Source: an uncultured Armatimonadia bacterium
Lineage (GTDB): Bacteria; Armatimonadota; Zipacnadia; CAVVLO01
Assembly (NCBI GenBank): GCA_963749155.1
Contig: CAVVLO010000003.1
Coordinates: 384,001 to 448,000, forward strand
Direction: 5' to 3'
Length of the DNA: 64,000 nucleotides
Both the position numbers and the translations under genes were made by a program. Of this stretch, positions 32,937-42,937 are shown piece by piece (within the stretch, counting starts at the first letter, position 1; every line of letters starts with the position of its first letter). Under the pieces are notes generated by a model. It searched no databases. It had not been told where the DNA came from and worked only from the letters and a program-made list of their open reading frames with translations.

Positions 32937-34587
32937 ATGAGACGGTCACTCTTGCTTGTGCTTCTGCTTACACTGGTTTTCTCGGTCTACAGTTTCGCCC
33001 AGATCAGACTGCAAAAAGATCCCGAGCTCAAAATCCAGCCTCGCATGCAGATTGGCCCTGTGCTCGCGCTACTGGCACGACCTGACCTGGTACCAACCAT
33101 CTCAGGCCCTGCGCGCGCGGAACCCGGCCAGGAGATCAGCCTCAAGATAACTGTCAGCAACAAGGGCAAGGCCAATGTTCAAGGCACCGCAGCTGGTCCC
33201 GACGTCCCGAGTTATGTGGTTGACATCGTGATGTCCTCCATCGCCGACCCCGAGATCCCGGTCATCCCTGCCGTGCAGCCTGTCTACCAGGGACTGACGG
33301 CCGACGATTATGTGGAAGATATGCTGATGCTGGGTGGCCGTATCAGCAACACCCAGTCAATCGGCGTGAACGCAAATCGCGTTTACAACCTGACTACGAC
33401 CATCCCGGCCAAAACCCCCCCTGGCTATTACCATATTGCCGCAGTGGCAGATCCCGCTGACCGGATCTGGGAAAGCAACGAAGGCAACAATGTAGGCCGG
33501 ATGCGCATCCTGATTGCGGCCCGGCAGCAGGGCGACGTGAATCCCCCGGGGGGAGTGAACGTCTGGGTGATGCCTTATGGCGTTGGCGGCACACCTCTCT
33601 TCCGCATCAAGCCCTCTGGGCGCACGGATTACACCGACGGCCTGACCGCCCAGCCAATGACCAATGCGCCTTTCGGGGGCACGCTTGGTTTCCGTATGGG
33701 CCAGAGCAACGTGTTGCCTACCAACGCGATGAAATACTATCGCTTTAGCTATCGCAAAGGCAGCAGTGGACCCTGGACCGAATTCAATGAAGCGGTCAAC
33801 GTCCATTATGTCGTCGAGAGCGGTGGCGATGTCAGCTTCCCGGTGTACAACCTCGGGCCCAAGCCTGTCGCCGACAAGTATCTCTACGAGTTCCGCCCGC
33901 ATAATCCCCCCTCGGTGCCAGGCGCTTCCACCTCCTGGCCGACCACCGACTGGTTCGCGGACATCTACAGCGGCTTCCTGAATACGCCCACACTGACCGA
34001 AGGCGCTTACCAGATAAAGCTCGAAGTCTTCAACTCGGCAGGGGGCCTGGTAACGCCCGGTCCGGGCACCTTCCGGTTCATCCGCCCAACGGCCGAGACG
34101 GCAGGAGGCACCATCAACACGGCAGTAATGACTGCACTTGATGGCGCTGGAGCGGTGTTTAACCTCTACATCGACAACCGGCCTTGTACAGCCTTCATAG
34201 ACCCGCCCGAAATTGGCGGAGTCAGGCCGGGCTGGCCCTTGTGGCTTCCTGCTTTACAAGAACAAGAGCGAGCAAGTCTGGCTGCCCTTCCATGCCAACC
34301 ATCCGGGCGATGAGGCAGTCTTCTCCTTCAGAATCGTGCGGGTCATCACCGGGGTTACCAGCGTGGCCGGTGACGTCAAGATGTCACCGCCAGCTCCCTA
34401 CACCAACGATGGCCACGGCAATCTCCTTGGGAAGTGGTCTGTAACCACCTTGCTTGCAGATTGCCCGACCAGAGCGGCTTACTCGGCCAACCTGAACGTC
34501 TGGGCGAAGGCCACGACAGGCTGGAGCCAGCATATAAACTCGCTGGACGCTTACGCTGTCAGAGCCTTTGCGCTTGATGAAGAATAG
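32937..34587 (+). CDS. Secreted CARDB/Ig-like domain protein (frameshift near 34225)
   Basis: AAGGAGG RBS, signal peptide, PDLV...VSNKG...ADPADRIWESNEGNN CARDB signature. Confidence 0.7.
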
Positions 34588-34606
34588 CTGGACGACCTGG
34601 TAGTCC

Positions 34607-34644
34607 AAAGGCGCCCCGATTTCGGTTGGGGCGCCTTTTTTATT
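34607..34644 (+). terminator. Intrinsic terminator
   Basis: AAAGGCGCCCCGA...TTGGGGCGCCTTTTTT. Confidence 0.88.
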
Positions 34645-34653
34645 AGCTGCGGG

Positions 34654-34678
34654 AGGACAATTATATTTGCCGACGAAA
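34654..34678 (+). promoter_or_regulatory. AGGA-N17-GAAA promoter
   Basis: After a terminator, upstream of the CoADR-RHD gene. Confidence 0.55.
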
Positions 34679-34703
34679 TGTAAAGAAAAATGGAGGTTTG
34701 TCT

Positions 34704-36401
34704 ATGAGCCAACCTTTAAAGCTCTTAGTCATAGGAGGCGTTGCAGCAGGCCCCAAAGCTGCCGCGCGCGCACGCAGACTCGACCCTGAAGCCGAAATCA
34801 CGATTATCGAGAAAGACACCGCTCTTTCTTACGCTGGCTGCGGGATGCCCTACTACATCGGGGGCTGGGTAGACGACGTTCACGAACTGATGGCTACACC
34901 GATTGGAGTGCTGCGCGATCCGACTTTCTTTGCCAATGTGAAGGGCATCAACGTCCGCAACCGGACCGAGGCACTTTCGATTGATCGCCAAAACAAAACA
35001 GTCCTGGTGCGCAGCCTCGAGACTGGCGAAGAGGAAAGCCTTCCTTATGACAAGCTGGTCATCGCGACTGGCGCAGATCCCATCGAGCCGCCCATCCCTG
35101 GTGTAGGCCTGAAAAATGTACTACGCCTGAAGTCTCTCGAAGACGCGGAGATCTTCAAGTCCGTGCTCAACAACGAGGCTTGTCCTTATGTCGCCATCGT
35201 TGGTGGCGGACTTATCGGGATGGAAATGACCGAGGCCCTCATCGAGTGCGGCAGGGGCGTAACCGTCATAGAGATGATGCCTCACATCCTTGCGATGCTG
35301 GATGACGATATGGCCTTGCAGGTAGAACGCCATCTCGAACAGCTTGGCATCAAGGTGATGACAAACACCCGGGTTGAAGAGATCCTGGGCAACGAAGAGG
35401 GCGAAGTCGTTGGAGTGCGCACCTCGGCGGGTGAAGTACCAGCCGAGTTGGTATTGCTTTCCGTCGGCATCAAACCTAACGTAAAGCTGGCGCGGGACGC
35501 AGGGCTTGTAATCGGCCCCTCTGGCGCAATCCACGTCAACCAGTATATGCAGACCTCCGATCTTAATATCTTCGCGGCGGGCGACTGCGCAGAGAAGAGC
35601 TGTTTTATCCAGGGCACCCAGTGCGTACTTCCCCTTGGCTCAGTAGCCAACAAGGAAGGCAGAGTGGCTGGCTCCAACGCTACAGGGAACATCGAACGCT
35701 TCCCTGGCATCGCGGGCGCTACCAGCGTTAAGGTCTTCGACTGGAACGTCGCGCGTGGCGGGATTACTAAAGCGCAGGCAGCAAAACTGGGGATGCAAAT
35801 CGAGTCAGTCGTGGTGACAGGCCCTGACAGGCCTCACTACTACCCAGGTTCGGCGCCTGTAGTCATCAAGCTGATCGCCGACAAGGCGACCAGGAAACTT
35901 GTTGGCTTCCAGGGCGTTGGCCCAGGCGATGTGGTAAAGCGCGCCGATGTGGCAATGACCGCAATGACCGCAGGGATGAGTATAGATGATGTCGCTCATC
36001 TTGATCTCACCTATGCCCCGCCCTATTCGGAAGCGATGGATGTCATCATCGTCGCAGCCAACGCCTTGCGCAACCAGATTGATGGCCTTTATCGCGGGGT
36101 AGGCAGTGTCCAGCTCAAAGCTGCCCAGGATGCCGGCGAGCAGATTTTCATCCTGGACGTGCGCAGTCCACAAGAACTCGAGCAACAGGGCAAGCTGCCG
36201 GGTTCAGTGCTGATCCCGCTTGGGATGCTTCGCAAGCGCATCGACGAGGTGCCGCGTGAGGGGCGCGTTGTCATCTACTGCAAGACCAGCCTGCGCGCCT
36301 GGGAAGCCACCCGTATCCTCCAGGGCTTCGGCTACACCAATACCGAGGTGCTGGATGGAGGCATCCTGGCCTGGCCTTTCGACAAAGAGAAACTCAGCTA
36401 A
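34704..36401 (+). CDS. FAD-dependent CoA-disulfide reductase with C-terminal rhodanese domain (CoADR-RHD/Npsr-like)
   Basis: IGGVAAG, SYAGCGMPY redox Cys, VGGGLIG, AAGDC, YAPPYS, LDVRS and YCKTSLRA rhodanese loop. Confidence 0.9.
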   Translation: MSQPLKLLVIGGVAAGPKAAARARRLDPEAEITIIEKDTALSYAGCGMPYYIGGWVDDVHELMATPIGVLRDPTFFANVKGINVRNRTEALSIDRQNKTVLVRSLETGEEESLPYDKLVIATGADPIEPPIPGVGLKNVLRLKSLEDAEIFKSVLNNEACPYVAIVGGGLIGMEMTEALIECGRGVTVIEMMPHILAMLDDDMALQVERHLEQLGIKVMTNTRVEEILGNEEGEVVGVRTSAGEVPAELVLLSVGIKPNVKLARDAGLVIGPSGAIHVNQYMQTSDLNIFAAGDCAEKSCFIQGTQCVLPLGSVANKEGRVAGSNATGNIERFPGIAGATSVKVFDWNVARGGITKAQAAKLGMQIESVVVTGPDRPHYYPGSAPVVIKLIADKATRKLVGFQGVGPGDVVKRADVAMTAMTAGMSIDDVAHLDLTYAPPYSEAMDVIIVAANALRNQIDGLYRGVGSVQLKAAQDAGEQIFILDVRSPQELEQQGKLPGSVLIPLGMLRKRIDEVPREGRVVIYCKTSLRAWEATRILQGFGYTNTEVLDGGILAWPFDKEKLS

Positions 36402-36471
36402 GACGAGACAATCGAGCAAGACTCTGATAAAGTAGCGCCGCACCAAGCCTGAGGGGGAACCTGAAGCCGAG

Positions 36472-36600
36472 ATGCGGCGCTATCTTATTCTGACAACATT
36501 CGCTTCTCCTGCAAGGGTGTCTTCGGCGGTATCTATGCCTGGAGTTCCTTTGCGGTTTCTCTCCCTTCGGATTATGGCTTGTCTATGGTGCCTGCGGGCC
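36472..36600 (+). pseudogene. N-terminal remnant of an OFA-family MFS transporter
   Basis: With two indels reads MRRYLILTT-SLLLQGCL-GGIYAWSSFAVSLPSDYGLS; the rest of the gene is absent. Confidence 0.6.
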
Positions 36601-36647
36601 GCCGTTGTCTACTGGGGCTTCGCCTTGAGGAAGCCGAAAAAAGCCTG

Positions 36648-38843
36648 CTAGCCCTCCGGTGCAAGTCTCAGCTTGAAGCTCGCAGGCGCGGTGAACTCGA
36701 TGCATACGCAAGGCAGCAAGGAAGTGCTGGCCTGGTCGGCATAGGCGGGATTAGAATAGACGGCCGCCTGGCCAGGAGGCCGTTCAACTACGCGCGCATC
36801 ACAGCCCTCGGCCAGTGGACTGACTTCGGCGAACTGGGTGTCCACAAGCAGTAGCTGCGAAGGGCCCTCGAGGCCTGGTGTGGTGTGGAACTCAAAACTT
36901 GCAGGAGCGCCCTCATAGGCGCCTGCCACGAAAAGGTGACGGCCGGTTTGGGCGTCTTCTCCGACATAACCAATTGAAAGCGGCGCTACCAGTGTCCCCT
37001 CAGCATCGGTCAGGCGGAAGCGGAACTCGCACCCGCTGTGCTCAGCCAGCGCTCGCAGCAGCACCGGGACAGTCTCGGCGTAGAACAGCTCATAAGGGCC
37101 GCCTCGCGCTGCAGGCACCAAGGCAGGAAACCAGACCAGCCTGCCCTCTCCAAGCCTGTACTGGGCCAGCGCGCAGTGCCCCTCAGAATCCTCAACCAGC
37201 GCTTCCCAGCCTGCTGGCAGGGGCCCTACCCACACAGGGCAAGTCCCCTGGCGCAGTTCCCACGGCGGGCCAGTAAGCCACTCTAGCAACTGGCGAGTCG
37301 CCTGCAATTCGCCTTGGCTCTCGCCGACTTTCGGGAAGACGCCTTTCACAAGACTGGTTGAGGGCGCCTGTTGTATCCCGGGAGAAGGCAGTGTGGCACT
37401 CGACGAGTCGGGGCCGAAGCCTGCAACCACGCCGCCCGCTTGCACCCACTCTTCAACTTGCTGCCAGGCCTCCGCGCGCACCAGGGTGGTGTCAGTAGAG
37501 GGCAAAATCAATAGCTTGCGCCCGGCCAGATCGCCGTCTAGTACAAGTTGCTCATCTGTGACGTCAGGTTGCTCCAGCCAACGTGCCCAACTGAAGCCCC
37601 AGGAGTCCGCAAAGCTGCCGTTGGACAGCGCCGAGTCGTAGACATGAGGGATGTCCGCGTTGCGATAGAGGGGCGCCCTGGCATAACTGCTGCTGACCGT
37701 GTGGAGAAAAGCCAGCCCCTTGCGCGGCACCGCCGTGGGATAGCGTTTCAGCAGCTCCCGCATTTGGAGCAGCGTCCGCACGGTGTCGTTGGTCGCTCCG
37801 CCCCCGCCTGTCGATTCAGTCAGATAACCCATATGCGCGAAGTTGAACTCATGCACCCCCGCCAGCAGGCAATTGAGCGCCACCTTGGCAAGTTCGGTAC
37901 GCCCGAACCGGTTGCCGTCGTTTTCGGTGACCAGGCTGGACAGCCCGTAGGTGTCGCGCAGGGTGACAGCGAGTTTCAGATCGGCGAGGCTATGCCCGTT
38001 GGTAGAGTGAAGGCCGAATCGGGGCAGGCCGCGGCATCTGGAAGCCAGCGCCGAAGCATCGGTGCCCTGGAAAGCCGAGAAGATGCCCACCGAATACTTG
38101 AAGCAGGTCTCCCCGTCGAACCGGTTGCCAAGCAGGAGCAGTTGCTCGCTCATCAGATCGACCAGATACTCGCGCCGCCACTGCATAAATTCCAGCCAAC
38201 TGGCATCTACTTGCTCTCCAGGCGCCGTCCGCGTGGAAGGTTTCGGCAGAGAGAGGCTCTCTGCTGACTCTGAGCTGCCGAAGTAACGCTCGCGCCACTC
38301 GGCATAGCGCTGCCTGGCAAGCGGCCCGTAGCAGAAGAAGACAGGATTATTCCAGTCGGGGCCGAGGTAGTATTCGGTCTCGCCATAAAAGGAAGGGGGA
38401 TTTACGTAGATACGCTTGAGGCGCGGATCTTGGCCATAACGTTCGCAGAAGGCCAGATGGAAGCGCGCCCATTCGGCTCGGAAGGCCAGATCGTAGGGAT
38501 TCTGCCGGTCAGCCTTCGTATTACCGTCTGGATCGGTCTGCGGCTGCCAGAAGACTGAACCCAGATGCGGCACCGGGGACGCCGCGACTTCCAATTTGTG
38601 CGAAGCCGAGGCGGTCAGGTCGGCCTCGAACTGGGTGAAGTCAAAGGGTTGCTCTGGCGAGGTAGCGGTCGGGATTACCAAAAACTCGCAAGTCGCCCCG
38701 AGCTGCTCAAGAGCGCTCCAGTGCGCCTGGTTCAGCAAGTCGGGCCGATGGCATATGACCCCAAGGGGCGAAGACTGGGCAGGCCAGAGCAGCGCAGAGA
38801 CCAGCAGCGCAGCAAAAAAGAGCAACAGGCCCATCCGCGCCAC
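36648..38843 (-). CDS. Secreted GH42/GH14-like glycoside hydrolase with trimerization-type domain
   Basis: GGAGG then GTG 38843, signal peptide, FDFTQFE, ERYGQDP, FYGETEY, WLEFMQW, VTEND, WVQAGGVV. Confidence 0.6.
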   Translation of the reverse strand: MARMGLLLFFAALLVSALLWPAQSSPLGVICHRPDLLNQAHWSALEQLGATCEFLVIPTATSPEQPFDFTQFEADLTASASHKLEVAASPVPHLGSVFWQPQTDPDGNTKADRQNPYDLAFRAEWARFHLAFCERYGQDPRLKRIYVNPPSFYGETEYYLGPDWNNPVFFCYGPLARQRYAEWRERYFGSSESAESLSLPKPSTRTAPGEQVDASWLEFMQWRREYLVDLMSEQLLLLGNRFDGETCFKYSVGIFSAFQGTDASALASRCRGLPRFGLHSTNGHSLADLKLAVTLRDTYGLSSLVTENDGNRFGRTELAKVALNCLLAGVHEFNFAHMGYLTESTGGGGATNDTVRTLLQMRELLKRYPTAVPRKGLAFLHTVSSSYARAPLYRNADIPHVYDSALSNGSFADSWGFSWARWLEQPDVTDEQLVLDGDLAGRKLLILPSTDTTLVRAEAWQQVEEWVQAGGVVAGFGPDSSSATLPSPGIQQAPSTSLVKGVFPKVGESQGELQATRQLLEWLTGPPWELRQGTCPVWVGPLPAGWEALVEDSEGHCALAQYRLGEGRLVWFPALVPAARGGPYELFYAETVPVLLRALAEHSGCEFRFRLTDAEGTLVAPLSIGYVGEDAQTGRHLFVAGAYEGAPASFEFHTTPGLEGPSQLLLVDTQFAEVSPLAEGCDARVVERPPGQAAVYSNPAYADQASTSLLPCVCIEFTAPASFKLRLAPEG

Positions 38844-38844
38844 C

Positions 38845-39846
38845 TTAGCCCTCCACAGCGGCATCGGCCATCGCGGCCACATTGGCCGGTGGCACGTCAG
38901 GCAGGATGGCCTCGTGGCTCGGGCTGATAATCAGGTTCGGCCCAAGCAACCGCTTGAGCCGGCGCACTTCGGCGCGGATCTCATCGGGCGTGCCGTGTAC
39001 CAGCAGATACTGGGTATCTACCCCGCCCAGGAAGGCTATCTTGCCTTTGAACTCGCGCGCCAGCGTTTCGGCGTCCATATTGGCGGCCTTGGCCTGCAGC
39101 GGGTGCAGGCAGTCCACGCCGGATTCAATCAGCCTGCCGATAACTTTGTATATCGAGCCGCAGGAATGCAGGATGACCTGCTTGCCGAAACGGTGGCCCT
39201 GCTCGGTAAATTTATGGAACCAGGGCATCACGAACTGGTCGAACTGCGTCGGTCCGCAGATGGTATCCACCTGGGTGCCGAAATCGTTGCCGAAGAAGAA
39301 GGCATCAGGCAGGTCGCCGGCCTGGGCGAAAAACCGCTCGTTGGCCTCGTAGTAGAACTGACACACCCGGTCGGTGACGGCCTCTACAAGTTCGGGCTTC
39401 TGGTACATATTGACCAGATAGTCTTCCATCCCGAAAAGGTCCATCACATGGTGGTAGAAGGGCGTCCAGGTACCGCTTGCGCGGTAGTAATCACCGCACG
39501 CCTCGAGCGCCGCGATGGTGGAGGTGAAGTCCATGTAACGCTCTTCTGGCCAGTCGTAGTCATCCAGGTCAGCTGAGGTGTCAGCGTCCGCAAAAGGCCC
39601 TCTTGTGCCGTGAGCATATTTACCCGGGATGACGAACATCCCCTTGCCCTCCGGATGGATATAAGCGCCCGCAGGGATCCACCTGAAGTCATCGCCAATC
39701 TTCTGGCGCAACTCTTCGTCGGTCTTGACTCCAAAATAGGAGAGCAGGCCAGGCCACGAATCCGGATGGGGGTTGCCCATCCAGAAACCGCACCGGTCAG
39801 GTTCTTCGCCTGCGATGATAGTGCGGATGCGTTCTCTGCTGGTCAT
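38845..39846 (-). CDS. Uroporphyrinogen decarboxylase/MtaA-CmuA family protein
   Basis: MTSRER, GNDFGTQ, LHSCGS, LHPLQ, FLGGVDTQ, SPSHE. Confidence 0.88.
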   Translation of the reverse strand: MTSRERIRTIIAGEEPDRCGFWMGNPHPDSWPGLLSYFGVKTDEELRQKIGDDFRWIPAGAYIHPEGKGMFVIPGKYAHGTRGPFADADTSADLDDYDWPEERYMDFTSTIAALEACGDYYRASGTWTPFYHHVMDLFGMEDYLVNMYQKPELVEAVTDRVCQFYYEANERFFAQAGDLPDAFFFGNDFGTQVDTICGPTQFDQFVMPWFHKFTEQGHRFGKQVILHSCGSIYKVIGRLIESGVDCLHPLQAKAANMDAETLAREFKGKIAFLGGVDTQYLLVHGTPDEIRAEVRRLKRLLGPNLIISPSHEAILPDVPPANVAAMADAAVEG

Positions 39847-40556
39847 TCGGCAAGCTCCTCAACTTCATCAACTTTAACTGTGTTCAAGATCCGATTGGCG
39901 AGTTCTGCCCTGCGTGAGATCCAGGGTTCCCAGGACTTGAGGCGCTGGAGCCTCCGCTTGAGGTAGGGCGCCACCCAGGCAAACTCGGCGAGGGCGTCGT
40001 CCTTGCCTCTGCCCGACTCGACCATATCCCACAAAGCGTGCAAGGTGTACCAGAAGGGGAAGCCCTGCCAGTTGCCGGCGACCAGGCGGTGTTCTCTTAA
40101 GGTCTCCATCCCGTTAGCCAGGCGCTGTTCCGGTTGATCCAGGCCGCCCCAGGCCAGGTTGCGCCACATGCCGACCGTGCAGTAGTAGCAGCAATAGAAA
40201 CCTTTGGAGGGATCAATCATCTCCGCAAGCTGCTGGTTGGCGGTAGTAAGCGCCTCCTGGATCTCTGGCGAATCAACGCCAAGCCTAAACAAGGCACGAG
40301 AGGACTCTTCGCCCAGGATGTGCTGCCGGCCGCCTCCAAGTCTTATCTCATCGCCGATGAAACAACGCCAGGGTTGTTTTGCCTCGCCTTCTGTAGGGGC
40401 AAAAGTATCGTTATAAGCCCCCGGTAGACCGTGGCGACTGGCAATCCACAAGGCTACTTCCTCGGCTGCTTCCTTTTCGACAGGTTTGTTCCAGAAAAAC
40501 AGCTCCTCACAAGCATTCAGAGTGTCTCCCAAACTCTCTTCATGGACGAGTTGCAT
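39843..40556 (-). CDS. Hypothetical protein with CCxxC motif
   Basis: 237 aa ORF overlapping the next start (ATGA); GFYCCYYC, FPFWYTL. Confidence 0.7.
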   Translation of the reverse strand: MQLVHEESLGDTLNACEELFFWNKPVEKEAAEEVALWIASRHGLPGAYNDTFAPTEGEAKQPWRCFIGDEIRLGGGRQHILGEESSRALFRLGVDSPEIQEALTTANQQLAEMIDPSKGFYCCYYCTVGMWRNLAWGGLDQPEQRLANGMETLREHRLVAGNWQGFPFWYTLHALWDMVESGRGKDDALAEFAWVAPYLKRRLQRLKSWEPWISRRAELANRILNTVKVDEVEELAE

Positions 40557-40573
40557 ATTCGTCCCCCCTTTAT

Positions 40574-42934
40574 TTACTGCCCGACTTTCAGCGGAAAGGC
40601 CGCGATGCTGTTAGGGGCCATTCCGTCCAGCTCGAACGTAGAGCGCGCAGCCAGATGGCCTCGGTCAAGTTCGACGCCTTCTGGCAGTGTCAGCTTTATA
40701 TCTACAGCTCTCTGGTTGCTATTATAGACTAGTATTTCGTCTCCTCTACAAGTGACAAATATCCCATCGGAAACTCCATCCGGCAAACAGACCTCAGGTG
40801 CTCCCAAAGGCAGGGGAGTGGAGAGCAAGCTGGTAATCAGGGCTGGATAGAAAAGCTGCCCGACGATATCGTCCTGCATCCCGATTAGCAGGCCCTCTCC
40901 CACGGCGAAAGTTGAGGCAGCGAGTTTCTCCCTGTCGATTTCGACCTTGCCAAAGGTTGGCCTGTCAAGAGCAGGATTGCCTCCAGAGGCCGACAAGGTT
41001 AGCGCGCGCGGATATACACACAGCTCGCGGGAGTCGGTAGCGAGCACGAGGGACTGCATCTTAAAGTCTAGCCGTAAAACCATCGAATCTCCCAGCAGGC
41101 TCGAGGGGATCTGGAAGGTCCAGCTATGTTCGTTGCCTTCGCCGCCCTGCATCTGGCCAAGCTCGATACCATTAGCCAGCAAACTGCCACCAACAGGCAC
41201 GCCGCCTTCGTAAGTGAGGGTGTAGTCCAGGGCCGGGTCTACCCGGCAGCAGCAAGGCGGCATCCTTCCCGCCCCAGCGATAGTCGTTTTCCGGATGGCT
41301 CCAGTTGCCGACCAGACGCGCCTCGGCCGGCGGGTTGCCAGGATGGATGACCCACTCGGCGGGCATCTCGACGGGCACGGTTGCCCAGCTTTCAGCCTCG
41401 GGAGCCAAGGGCATCGCTTCCGTAAAGGCAGGCACGCCGCCTCGGGTCCAGGTGCGGAAACCTGGCTGCTCCGTAGCGATGAGCACTCCTCCCCCCTCGA
41501 CCCATTCCATAACCGCCTCGTAAGCCTTGTCTTCCATCGTCTCGCAAGGGCCAAGCAGCAGATAGCGATAACTGTCCAGCTTCCGGTCGCCAGCGAGATT
41601 ATCGTCCACAAAGTCGAAATCCAGATAGTCGCGCAGGCCGTTGTACCTGTTCAGGCTCTCGGTGCCCATCTGGCGCTTGCACAGGGCATCCACGCGGGGA
41701 TAAAAAGCCGCCACGTTCACATAAGGCGTCTTCTGCACCAGGTGCTCGCGTTCAGCTTCCCAGTTGGTAGTGCGCCCCTCGGCTGCCGAAGCGGCGTTGA
41801 AGTTGGCTACCTGCCCTTCGTAATAGTGGATATGGTTACACCCGGCAGCTGCGGCGCCAAAGATGCGCGCCACGACGCCGTGCTCATCCACATTGCCGGC
41901 TGGCTCGAGGCCTGAAGGCACCCCGTACAGCTTCGCTGCCGTGGTGAGCTGCCTCGTGCCCATAAAGTTGCCGTTATAGTTGCTGCCCTCATTGGTCAGG
42001 CGCAGCCAGACGTTATACTCGGCACAAAGCCGCGACTGGCCCGTGATGTCGAAGCCCAGCGGCACGCTGTCGCCTCCGCCAACGCACAGGTATAGCGGTA
42101 CCTCAGGCTTCACGTGCCGGCGAGCGATCTGGAACCACTTCTCGCACCAGTTGGTCATCTCGCCCCGATACCACTCCGACTGGTCAAGCCAGCGGGCATC
42201 GCTCATCGGCAGGTTGGGCAGCAGGAATTCAACCTCATCGAAGCTTCTGAAGCTGGTCTCCCAGGCCTCGTTGAGCGCCCCAATTGTCTCATAACTGGCC
42301 TCGGCCCAGTCGCGGAAAGCTTTCCGGGCGGGGCCTTCGGCGCACCAGAATCCCGCGTGGTTGTGGTACTGGCCGTTCCAGCCGACCGCACCGGCTGGAT
42401 AGATGCTCTCTCCGAAGTCTCCACTTACCCCGAACATCACTGATTCGAGCGCCGGCGAGTCCCCATAACGCTCAAACATCGCTCCCATAACGCGTTCGAT
42501 ATGGGAATCCAGCCCAGGCGTCCATATAGAGCGCGCATCGCTATCTTCATCGTGCTCCAGACACCTGTGCGGGACATCCTCGCCCGACTCGCGATACCAT
42601 TGCGGCGTCGCATAGGAGGGATTGAACATCACGAAGGCCTGCCATTTGAGGCCAGTTTTCCGGCAGATGCCATCCAGTTTGTCAGTCTCGGTCCAGTCCA
42701 TCTGGCCAGGCCCGGCAGGCTCGAAAACAATCCAGGGCATATAGGTCTCGAAGGCGGTAACACCAAGGCCCGGTCGCAAAGGTCGCGGTCCTCTCCATCG
42801 CCGCCACATCGCCGATTGGCCACATCCCGTTGGTGACACTGCCCATCAGTCACTATCATCGGGTCACCTTCATCCGAACAGGCCAGCGAAGTCAGCAGCA
42901 CAATCGCAAATATCGCAAGCAGAATCAGTTTCAT
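40574..42934 (-). CDS. Secreted/lipoprotein GH14/GH42-like glycoside hydrolase (frameshifts near 42780 and 41245)
   Basis: LTSLAC lipobox, FETYMPW, TPQWY, GVSGDFGESIYP, YETIGALNEAW, WVEGGGVL; ORFs 42629-42934, 41172-42839 and 40574-41611. Confidence 0.65.
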
Positions 42935-42937
42935 AGG

